From NCBI GenBank assembly GCA_019636335.1, contig JAHBXR010000005.1, forward strand, positions 160,197 to 224,196: a stretch of 64,000 nt of DNA, written 5' to 3'. The notes beneath the pieces were generated by a model. It was given only the letters and a program-made list of their open reading frames with translations, was not told where the DNA came from and ran no database searches. The translations under genes were made by a program, and so were the position numbers. This document shows positions 44,917 through 53,126 of this stretch, piece after piece (the stretch's first letter is position 1; each line of letters opens with the position of its first letter). This stretch comes from Pirellulales bacterium (GTDB lineage: Bacteria > Planctomycetota > Planctomycetia > Pirellulales > JAEUIK01).

Positions 44917-46041
44917 ATGTTGTCGCGTCGCTCGATGGGGTTGTTGGTCTGGTCGTTGCTCGCCCTCGCAGAAGGTCTACTTGCGAGTACGGTGTTCGCG
45001 GCCGAACCGACATCGCCGCCGTTCTATCCCGACAAGACCCGTCTGCTGGTTTGGCGCGACGCGCAGGGGAAAGAACATCCGATCTCGTCCGTGGCGGACT
45101 GGCAGATTCGCCGCGCGCACATCCGCGCGAACATGGAGCTCGTGATGGGGACGCTGCCCGACGCGTCCCGAGCGGTCCCCCTCGACGTGCGTGTCGTCGA
45201 AACGATCGATAAGCCGGGCTATCGCCTGCGGAAGATCACCTTCGCGCCCGAAGCGGACGATCGTGTTCCCGCCTGGCTGCTCCTGCCGAACGATGACGCG
45301 TGGGAGCCGGGAGACAAGCCCGCCCGCAAGCCGGCGATTTTGTGCCTGCACCAAACAACTCGCCAAGGCAAGGATGAACCAGCAGGGCAGGGGGGGCTCT
45401 CGAACCTGCACTACGCGCAAGAATTGGCCGAACGAGGCTACGTCACGCTGGCCGTCGACTACCCGAACTTCGGCGAATATACGTTCGATCCCTACGCACG
45501 CGGTTACGCCAGCGCCACGATGAAAGGGATCTGGAATCATCGCCGCGCGATTGACTTGCTGCAGTCGCTCGACGAAGTCGATCCCGAGCGCCTCGGCGTG
45601 ATCGGGCATTCGCTCGGGGGCCACAACAGCATGTTCGTGGCCGCGTTCGACGAACGGATCAAGTGCATCGTCTCTTGCTGCGGCTTCTGCAGCTTCCGCC
45701 GTTACTACGATGGTGACCTCGCCGGCTGGAGCCACCAGGGGTACATGCCGCGCATCCGCGAGGTGTACCACACCGACCCGGCGCGCATGCCGTTCGACTT
45801 CACGGAAATCGTCGGGCTGTTGGCGCCGCGCGCGTTCCTGGCGGTCGCACCGGTGGAGGATGGCAACTTCGCGGTGGCAGGAGTCCGCGAGTGCATCGCG
45901 GCGGCCCAACCGGTCTACAAGCTGTATGAGGCCGAGGAGCGGCTCGCCGCCGACTATCCGCCAGGGGGGCACGACTTTCCGCCCGCCGCGCGCGAACGCG
46001 CTTACCGGTGGTTCGACAAACACCTGCAAGCGCCGCAATAA
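44917..46041 (+). CDS. Secreted alpha/beta hydrolase (dienelactone hydrolase / esterase-like)
   Basis: In-frame ATG 44917 inside track ORF 44137..46041; the upstream part of that ORF is a shadow of the kinase gene. Signal MLSRRSMGLLVWSLLALAEGLLAS. Nucleophile elbow GHSLGGHN. Confidence 0.8.
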   Translation: MLSRRSMGLLVWSLLALAEGLLASTVFAAEPTSPPFYPDKTRLLVWRDAQGKEHPISSVADWQIRRAHIRANMELVMGTLPDASRAVPLDVRVVETIDKPGYRLRKITFAPEADDRVPAWLLLPNDDAWEPGDKPARKPAILCLHQTTRQGKDEPAGQGGLSNLHYAQELAERGYVTLAVDYPNFGEYTFDPYARGYASATMKGIWNHRRAIDLLQSLDEVDPERLGVIGHSLGGHNSMFVAAFDERIKCIVSCCGFCSFRRYYDGDLAGWSHQGYMPRIREVYHTDPARMPFDFTEIVGLLAPRAFLAVAPVEDGNFAVAGVRECIAAAQPVYKLYEAEERLAADYPPGGHDFPPAARERAYRWFDKHLQAPQ

Positions 46042-46046
46042 CAGCA

Positions 46047-46368
46047 CGTAGGTCAGGTACGCCGTACCTGACAACGTTCGACGTAGCCAACTCGAACAAT
46101 TGTCAGGTACGGGGTAGCTGACAATGCCGGGTGCCACTGGCTCTGCCGAGTCGAGCAGCCGTATTCCAAGTCTGCAACGGCAGCCGCGCGCCAGGCTCGA
46201 CTCGAACGATCGAAGAACCTCCTCGCTTCAATTCACCAGACACTGGCAGAGCCCGTGGCACCCAGTGCCGAGCTCCGCTCGTCCGAAGAAATGTCAGGTA
46301 CGCCGTACCTGACAATGCTCGACGTCGCTAACTCGAATGATTGTCAGGTACGGCGTACCTGACCTACG
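46047..46368. repeat. Composite nested-palindrome element: four copies of a ~24-bp palindrome in two 74-78 bp modules, flanking a 167-bp core with its own long inverted repeat
   Basis: TGTCAGGTACGCCGTACCTGACAA-type palindromes at 46052-46072, 46101-46124 (1 arm mismatch), 46292-46315 and 46342-46364. 46047-46074 is the exact reverse complement of 46341-46368 (28 bp). Core arms 46129-46147 and 46245-46263 pair at 18 of 19 positions. Confidence 0.9.
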
Positions 46369-46372
46369 GAAG

Positions 46373-47017
46373 CTACATTTCGCCCTGCACGTAGGTTCGA
46401 TCGAAGCGTTCGATGAACGTCTGTCGATAGGCGTTGCCGGGATCGTGGAGCGCGCGGAAGAAGCGTTTCACCCCCGAGCGGAAATCGATATCGAGCGCCC
46501 AGGGATCGACCATCAACATGCCCTCGCGTTCGAGGAAGAGCCGATTGCCGAGCTTCTCGAACCCGCCATTCTTGACGTAGATGCCGTGGGCCAATCCGTT
46601 GCGGAACGAATCCCAGACCCACTTGGCGTACGATTCGGCGCCGGGGGGGGGCTTCAAAGCGCGCCCGCGCCAGGCGGGATCCATGAACGCGTTGACGAAG
46701 GTCAGAAACGCGTGCGCGTTCGTCGAGGACTCCGGCGTGAGGAAATGCCCCAGCGCCTCGGTGGTGCAAAGAAGGGCATTGCCCCAGATCAATAAGACCG
46801 AGGCCTCGCGCCGACCGCCATGCCGCGGCGCGTCGAGCTCGTCCATCAACACGGCCAACGGTTCCAGCACGACGAAAGCCAGGCGGCGCTCGAGATACTC
46901 GAGCCGGCCGTCGGACGAGAGCATGGCCAGGCGCGGCCGATCATAATCGACGAACAGACTCAACGGCTGCCCTTCGATCACGGCGCGAATGCCATGGTCT
47001 TCTGGTTGGTTCGACAT
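46373..47017 (-). CDS. Hypothetical protein with a HEPN-like Rx4H motif
   Basis: ORF 46373..47047 has a TTG start; I prefer ATG 47017 (MSNQPEDHG). No family recognised overall. Motif WDSFRNGLAHGIYV (RNGLAH at 46586-46603). Confidence 0.6.
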   Translation of the reverse strand: MSNQPEDHGIRAVIEGQPLSLFVDYDRPRLAMLSSDGRLEYLERRLAFVVLEPLAVLMDELDAPRHGGRREASVLLIWGNALLCTTEALGHFLTPESSTNAHAFLTFVNAFMDPAWRGRALKPPPGAESYAKWVWDSFRNGLAHGIYVKNGGFEKLGNRLFLEREGMLMVDPWALDIDFRSGVKRFFRALHDPGNAYRQTFIERFDRTYVQGEM

Positions 47018-47089
47018 GAGTGCCGGCCCGCTTCTCGACTGCCGCAAGGTTCTACCGACGATCTTGTTAACACGCCGGACTCGACAGGG

Positions 47090-47902
47090 CTAGCGCCAAG
47101 GATCGTAATCGGTCTCGTGGCGATCGAGTTGACGGATCAACGCCGCCCACTGGAAGGGATAGCGACCGGGTTGCGTCAGCACGCTGCGCGACTGGCGCGC
47201 CACCTCGGGCGGAACGAGCTTGAGCGGCGCTCCGGCGGCCATGGCCCGCAGGTTCACGTGGCACGTGCGCTCCATGTCGATCATGTCGATCAGGGCTTGC
47301 TCGACGGTGCCGGCGCAGGTGAGCAGTCCGTGGTTGATAAGGACGAGCGCTCGTTTGTCTCCGAGCGCCTGGGCGATGTCGCTCGCCTGGCCGGGGTCGA
47401 CCACGACACCGGTGTATTCGTCGTAGAGGGCGTGGTCTTCGAAGAAGGAGCAGCCGGTCTGATCGAGCGGGTCGAGCAGCCGGGCCAGCGAGCTGTAGGC
47501 GCTGCCTCCCGGCGGATGCGTGTGTACGGCGCAGTTCACATCGGGGCGGGCATGGTGGATGGCCGAGTGGATGCAGAAGCCGGCAAAGTTGATCATCGCC
47601 CCGCCGTCGATGATCTCGCCGGCGCTGTTGACCAGGACCAGGTTGTCGGCCCTGACCTCTTGGAAGTAAAGGCCAAATGGATTGACCCAAAAGTAGTCGG
47701 GGGCCCCTGGCACGCGCAGGCTGATATGGCCGGCCAGCCCATCGTCGAGCCCCAGCCGCGCCAGGATGCGATAAGCGGCCGCGAGCTTGACGCGTTCGGA
47801 GCGTGCCTGCGGCGTGTTGGCAAGTTCGATCACCCGTTCGCGTTCGGTCGAGGCCGAGGCTTGCTTGTTGTGCAGGATGACGGTGGGGTCGATGGTGGCC
47901 AT
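47090..47902 (-). CDS. Class II aldolase/adducin family protein
   Basis: In-frame ATG 47902 (MATIDPTV) within track ORF 47090..48265. Motifs: LAGHISLRVPG, FCIHSAIHHARPDVNCAVHTHPP, LINHGLLT. Confidence 0.9.
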   Translation of the reverse strand: MATIDPTVILHNKQASASTERERVIELANTPQARSERVKLAAAYRILARLGLDDGLAGHISLRVPGAPDYFWVNPFGLYFQEVRADNLVLVNSAGEIIDGGAMINFAGFCIHSAIHHARPDVNCAVHTHPPGGSAYSSLARLLDPLDQTGCSFFEDHALYDEYTGVVVDPGQASDIAQALGDKRALVLINHGLLTCAGTVEQALIDMIDMERTCHVNLRAMAAGAPLKLVPPEVARQSRSVLTQPGRYPFQWAALIRQLDRHETDYDPWR

Positions 47903-48119
47903 CGGCGAAGCTCCAAGGAGAAGGTGCGTACAGGTATCGCAAATCATGCGAGAGTGGCGGATCGATTCTCTTGCCGCCCCCCCCCACGCCTGCATGGTAA
48001 GGCTCCGCGTTGGCGGCGGCCAGTAGGGGCATCGAAGTTGCCCGATGGGGAGCGATTCGGTGGTGAAATTCGCGAGCCGGGGACTGCCTGACGGAGGGGT
48101 GCGGAAAGTCAGAAAATGC

Positions 48120-48147
48120 TTGACACAGTAACACGTTGCGGTAAACT
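48120..48147 (+). promoter_or_regulatory. Candidate sigma-70-type promoter (TTGACA-16 nt-TAAACT) with a ~340-nt leader before the DUF1559 gene
   Basis: TTGACA at 48120-48125 and TAAACT at 48142-48147, in a lower-GC 586-bp intergenic region. Sequence match only; planctomycete promoter consensus is uncertain. Confidence 0.3.
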
Positions 48148-48488
48148 GCGGGGGAGGTTGGAGCAGAGTCTCGTCGCACCATTGGCAGCCCGAACGACTG
48201 GCACCTAGAGGAGAGTTCTTCTTCTCGATAGAGGCGGGTGCAAGCGGTTTGCCGTTCCCGAGCAATGTGCGTGGTATTTCGCCAAACGCATTGGCCGTTG
48301 GTGTTGGCGGTCGCTGTTTCCGCGAAACGCACGATGGCCGTTGCGGTTTCGGCGTGGGAATCTGATCTCATCGGCTGAATAGCTTCCGGATTTGGAACAG
48401 TCCCGGAACTCAATCCAATTCGAGTATTCTATGGGCCATCCGCCCAGCTCTTTTTCTTTTCATCTTTTCCGTTAACGAGGACGGTCCT

Positions 48489-49778
48489 ATGGCACACCGA
48501 TCGAAGAGGCGCGGCTTTACGCTGGTAGAGCTGCTCGTCGTGATCGCGATCATTGGCATTTTGATCGCGCTCCTGTTGCCCGCCGTCCAGGCGGCACGTC
48601 AGGCAGCCTGGAAGGCGCAGTGTACGAACAACATGAAACAGTTGGGCGTGGCGCTGCACAATTACCACTCGCAGTTGAACTCGTTCCCGTCCGGTCTGTC
48701 GATCGGCCTGGCCCCGTTGCGCACCATCGCGACTGGTGGTGACGCCAACGCGACGATCAACTTCAATGCCTACGCGAGCCTGCTGCCGTTCATCGAGGCG
48801 GGCACAATCACGACGACCTACGACAAGAACCGCAACTGGTGGGATCAGCCGCCGTTGCAGACCAGCCCGACGGTCATTCCGAACCCGACCTACGGAGCGG
48901 TCATTCCGTCGATCATCTGCCCGGCGAACGGTAACAAAGACAATCCCGCCTCCGATCCGTTTATCGACCAGGGTTTGAATTCCCTGGGGACGACCTTTGG
49001 CGTCACCCTGGCGAACTACCTCGGCCCGCAGCCGTGGCGTTTTGGCGTGGCTGACTACCTGTTTTGCAAGGGTGCTGGCGACGGTTGGTGTGCCACGCCG
49101 GGACGTATCGAAGCGGGCAATAGCAACGCTGTTTCTCCACTCTCGCGGGGCATGTTCGACATCTCGCTCCCCCGCAACTTTGGTGTGGCGGGAACCGACT
49201 TTGCCTGCAAGATCTCGATGATCACCGACGGTACGAGCAACACGATCGCCATGGGCGAAGGGGCCCAGGGGCCCAACTGGCAGATCTGCCAGAACTCCAG
49301 CTCGTGGTTGCGTCCTTGTCCCTCGGGGGGCACCTTCCCGGTGGCCGAGCCCGATCCGTTCGATCCCACGCGCTCGATGCCCATCTACCAGGCCTGGCAC
49401 ATGCCGCCGAGCTTCACGGCCGTGGCAGCCGAAGGCATCTACTTGGGTAGCATCTTCGGCTGCACGCTCGAGAGACTGAACAAGAACCCCGTCACGCAGA
49501 CGTTGGTCGAACTCGATATTGAGAACCTGAGCCTTGAGACCGTTGAGACGGTGCTGGACTGCTCGGACTCGATCGATCTCGCCGCCGGATTGAGCGACGA
49601 CGTGACCCCCGAGAGCGGAGACCGCGTCAGCAATTTCCGCAGCGACCACAAGGCGGGAGCGAACTTCCTCTTTGCCGACGGCGCTGTTCACTTCATCAAC
49701 GATTCGATCGACCGCGAGGTGTACCGCGCGATGTCGACCATTCAGGGGGGCGAAACCTTCAACGCCCCGTTTGAATAG
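48489..49778 (+). CDS. DUF1559 protein with a prepilin-type N-terminal cleavage/methylation domain and an H-X9-DG C-terminal motif
   Basis: [55 protein letters not shown], and C-terminal [18 protein letters not shown]. Confidence 0.92.
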   Translation: MAHRSKRRGFTLVELLVVIAIIGILIALLLPAVQAARQAAWKAQCTNNMKQLGVALHNYHSQLNSFPSGLSIGLAPLRTIATGGDANATINFNAYASLLPFIEAGTITTTYDKNRNWWDQPPLQTSPTVIPNPTYGAVIPSIICPANGNKDNPASDPFIDQGLNSLGTTFGVTLANYLGPQPWRFGVADYLFCKGAGDGWCATPGRIEAGNSNAVSPLSRGMFDISLPRNFGVAGTDFACKISMITDGTSNTIAMGEGAQGPNWQICQNSSSWLRPCPSGGTFPVAEPDPFDPTRSMPIYQAWHMPPSFTAVAAEGIYLGSIFGCTLERLNKNPVTQTLVELDIENLSLETVETVLDCSDSIDLAAGLSDDVTPESGDRVSNFRSDHKAGANFLFADGAVHFINDSIDREVYRAMSTIQGGETFNAPFE

Positions 49779-49808
49779 TCGGCCCGGCGGTTCTTGCCTG
49801 ACAGTAAC

Positions 49809-49849
49809 AACGGCCCGGAGAAACCTCGCTTCTCCGGGCCGTTGCTTTT
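49809..49849 (+). terminator. Rho-independent terminator after the DUF1559 gene
   Basis: Perfect 14-bp stem AACGGCCCGGAGAA (49809-49822) / TTCTCCGGGCCGTT (49830-49843), a 7-nt loop, then GCTTTTG. Confidence 0.8.
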
Positions 49850-50048
49850 GGACGGGCGTTAGTGCTCGCGAGGCGTCAAAAGAAGCCAAAAACCATAGAC
49901 GGCAGTGCTTTCCAGTCGCCCGTGCGTCGGTTATTTTAGGCGGTTTCAGCCTCGCTCGAGGATGCCCGTTCGCGACCTTTCTCAGGCCCCAGTGACTTCG
50001 AACCGTGCCCACGCTCGCAGACCGTGGCACTCGATCAAGGATTCCAAC

Positions 50049-50387
50049 ATGAAGAGACGATTGGCTCCGCGTTTGCGATTCGTTGCCGTTGCTTTGGCTG
50101 GCCTGATGCTGATCGTGGGCTGCGGCCAATCGAAGGCCCCTCTAAACACAACCTTGCCCGTGGCCCAGGACGTGCCGAAGCTGATGCAGATGCTCGAAAG
50201 CAAGAAGCGGACCGATCGTGCCGCAGCAGCGAGCTACCTGGCTGCCTTGGCCGAGAAGGGCCAACTGGGGGATCAATCGCAGGCTGCGCTGACGAAGCTG
50301 CAGGAGCTGGCGCAGAAAGACAAAGAAGAAACGGTCAAAAGGGCGGCTGCCGACGCGATCGCCAAGTTTCAAGGCTCGGGCGGTTGA
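50049..50387 (+). CDS. Small lipoprotein, helical (HEAT-like)
   Basis: In-frame ATG 50049 within track ORF 49905..50387. Signal plus lipobox LMLIVGCGQ. The rest is Ala/Lys/Glu-rich and helical. Confidence 0.6.
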   Translation: MKRRLAPRLRFVAVALAGLMLIVGCGQSKAPLNTTLPVAQDVPKLMQMLESKKRTDRAAAASYLAALAEKGQLGDQSQAALTKLQELAQKDKEETVKRAAADAIAKFQGSGG

Positions 50388-50486
50388 TCCCGCCGCTGGC
50401 GAGCGGTCTTCGCCTGTCAATTGCCAGGGGAGTGCGAACGGGGCGACAACATCCCGTGCCCCTTATCTTGCGCGCCAGGAATTTCT

Positions 50487-50516
50487 TTGACACCGCTAGC
50501 ACTCTGGCATTAACAT
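50487..50516 (+). promoter_or_regulatory. Candidate sigma-70-type promoter (TTGACA-18 nt-TAACAT) upstream of the PPC-domain gene
   Basis: TTGACA at 50487-50492 and TAACAT at 50511-50516. Sequence match only. Confidence 0.25.
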
Positions 50517-50736
50517 CTACCGATGTGAGTGCAGGTCGTTCCGGTGTGCCGACTTAAGTGTGTCCGACGCCGCCCGAATGACCGCGTGGCGCGCGCCTGC
50601 TGCGTTCATCCCACCGACATCAGAACTGCCCTCCCCCCTAGCTAGCGCTCGTTCATCGGTCTGCCAGCGGAACGGCCCTTTGCGCTCCGACCAGGCGATT
50701 GTTGAGACGGCCGCGGCCTCTGAGGACTTCGGCTTT

Positions 50737-53037
50737 ATGAAGCAGGTCGCCTCGTACTTCACCCTCTTCGCAATGTTGGCGGTGGCCCTGCCCGTCTTCG
50801 GGCAAGCTCCTCCCACGCTGGGTTCCGCTTCGCCCACTGCGATGGCGCCTGGCCAGGGGACGAACGTCACGCTCTCTGGCGGCAACCTGACGGGCGCGAC
50901 CAAAATTTGGCTCAGCTTTCCCGCGACTGCCGAGCTGGCTGCCGACGTGGCGAACAACGGCCAGGATGCCGGGCAGACCACGTGGCGAATCACGCCGGCC
51001 GCCGGCCTAGGGCCGGGGATTGGCGCCGTGCGCGTCGCCGGTCCGGGAGGAATCTCTCCGCCGATGCTCGTCGCTGTCGATGATCTCGCGACCGTCACCG
51101 ACAACGGCCAGAATAAGACTGTCGAGACCGCGCAAGAGATCACCCTACCGACGGCCATCGACGGCGTCTGCGAGGCCGAGAGCTTCGACTTCTATCGTTT
51201 CGAGGGGCATGCAGGTCAGCGTGTCTCGGTCGAGGTTCTCGCGCGACGTCTCGGCACGCCGCTCGACCCGGTCGTTCGCTTGCTCGACGCGAGTGGCCGC
51301 GAGCTGGCCTACAGCGACGATGAACCGGGGCTCGGCTCCGATTGCCGCTTTGCCTACGAGCTGACGGCCGACGGAACTTACTACCTCGAGATTCGTGACA
51401 TTCGCTATCAAGGTGGGGGCGCCCACCGCTACCGCCTGCGCGTGGGCAACTTCCCTCTTACGACAGGCACGTTTCCCGTGGCGGCTCAGAAGGGGACCAC
51501 CCCGCGCATCGAGTGGGTGGGTCCGGCCGTGGAGGGACTGGCGTCCGCGAGCGTGAACGTGCCGCGCGACACGGCGTCTCCCACCGTTTGGACGGCCGCT
51601 GCCTATCCTTCCGGACAGGGATCGGGATGGGCGAGCTTGTCGGTCTCGAGCGGCGTCGAAGCCATCGAGTTCGAACCGAACGATACGGCGGAACAGGCCT
51701 CGCCCGTCGAACTGCCGGCGGGCATCAATGGCCGCTTCGCCGCGCCGCGCGATCGCGACTTCTATCAGTTCGCCGCCAAGGGGGGCACTCGCTATACGTT
51801 CCGAGGCGAAACGCGCGAGCACGGATCGCCGACCGACCTGTACCTGCGTCTCTACAAGGCCGATGGCAGCGTGCTGGCCGAGGCGGAAGATTCGGCCGGC
51901 AACGAAGAAGGGGTGCTCGACGTCACCTTTCCGGAAGATGGCACCTATCGCCTGGAGGTGGAAGATCTCCTGCGCCGTGGCGGATCCGATCACGTCTACC
52001 GCATCGACGCACAACCCTATCAGCCCGGCTTCACGCTGGCGATCGAAGCGACCACGCTGAATGCACCGCAGTCGGGGGTCTTCGTGGCCAAGGTGACGAG
52101 CGCTCGGCGCGACTACAACGGTCCGATCACGCTGTCGATCGAAGGGGCCGGGGAAGGAATCGCGCTGGCCGACCACGTGATTCCCGAAGGGAAGAACGAA
52201 ACCACCTTCCGCGCCACGCTGCCGGCTTCGCTCGCCGCGGGGACGCTCGCAAATGCACGCATCGTGGGGCGCGCCAAAGTGGGAGAGGCCGACGTCTCGG
52301 CCGTGGCGCATACGCTCCCTACGCTGCGCGGACAATTCAACGGCTTGCCTTATCCGCCCGCCGAACTCGATGGCGTGGTGGGGATCGGTGTCGGACCGGC
52401 ATTCGCCGATTTCTTCAAGCTGGCCGTCGATGGCGACCTGGTCACTTTTCCGCAATTGATCGGCACGACCTCGTTCGAGGTGAAAACCGAACGTCTGAAT
52501 GGCTTCGATGAGGCCGTGGCGTTGGCCATCGAGGGGCTGCCCGCGGGCTTCTCGGCCGAGGTCAAGCCGATCGAAAAAGGTCAGGCATCAGCGGCCATCG
52601 CGGTGAAGGGGCCGGCGACGATCGCCGAGGGGGATTATCCGCTCGTCATCCGCGGCTCGGGTAATTTCCAGAATCAACCTCGCACGGTGACGCTAGAGAG
52701 CGTGACCTTGCGCGTCGGCAAGCCGCTGGGGATTACCGCCGCGGCGGCAGGCCCGCTGGTCACCGGCACGACCCAAAAGCTCAAGCTGACGGCCCACCGC
52801 TTCGGCGAGGAAAAAGGGGCCATTCAACTGGCGCTACAGGGCCTCCCCTTGGGGGTCTCGGCGCCGACGGAGATCACCATCGCCGAGGGACAAAACGAAG
52901 TCGAGATCGATCTTACGGCGGCGGCTGATGCGATGCTGGGTCAGGCTCAGATCACCGCCATCGGCAGCACCACCGTGCAAGGCCGTGCGATCTCGGTCAC
53001 TAGCTCTCCCGCGCCGCTCGAGGTGAAGATGCCTTGA
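50737..53037 (+). CDS. Secreted protein with IPT/TIG-like and two pre-peptidase C-terminal (PPC)-like domains
   Basis: In-frame ATG 50737 (MKQVASYFTLFAMLAVALPVFGQ signal) within track ORF 50560..53037. PPC-like blocks DFYRFEGHAGQRVSVEV...DPVVRLLDASGRELAYSDD...GTYYLEIRD and DFYQFAAKGGTRYTF...DLYLRLYKADGSVLAEAED...GTYRLEVED. Confidence 0.8.
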   Translation: MKQVASYFTLFAMLAVALPVFGQAPPTLGSASPTAMAPGQGTNVTLSGGNLTGATKIWLSFPATAELAADVANNGQDAGQTTWRITPAAGLGPGIGAVRVAGPGGISPPMLVAVDDLATVTDNGQNKTVETAQEITLPTAIDGVCEAESFDFYRFEGHAGQRVSVEVLARRLGTPLDPVVRLLDASGRELAYSDDEPGLGSDCRFAYELTADGTYYLEIRDIRYQGGGAHRYRLRVGNFPLTTGTFPVAAQKGTTPRIEWVGPAVEGLASASVNVPRDTASPTVWTAAAYPSGQGSGWASLSVSSGVEAIEFEPNDTAEQASPVELPAGINGRFAAPRDRDFYQFAAKGGTRYTFRGETREHGSPTDLYLRLYKADGSVLAEAEDSAGNEEGVLDVTFPEDGTYRLEVEDLLRRGGSDHVYRIDAQPYQPGFTLAIEATTLNAPQSGVFVAKVTSARRDYNGPITLSIEGAGEGIALADHVIPEGKNETTFRATLPASLAAGTLANARIVGRAKVGEADVSAVAHTLPTLRGQFNGLPYPPAELDGVVGIGVGPAFADFFKLAVDGDLVTFPQLIGTTSFEVKTERLNGFDEAVALAIEGLPAGFSAEVKPIEKGQASAAIAVKGPATIAEGDYPLVIRGSGNFQNQPRTVTLESVTLRVGKPLGITAAAAGPLVTGTTQKLKLTAHRFGEEKGAIQLALQGLPLGVSAPTEITIAEGQNEVEIDLTAAADAMLGQAQITAIGSTTVQGRAISVTSSPAPLEVKMP

Positions 53038-53126
53038 TCGGCGCCCCGCCGAGGTTCCCGCCCAGAACAGTCGACCTTCCGACGAGGACGAACGACGCGT
53101 CCTTAGCCAAGCCACGCGAGGAAGTC

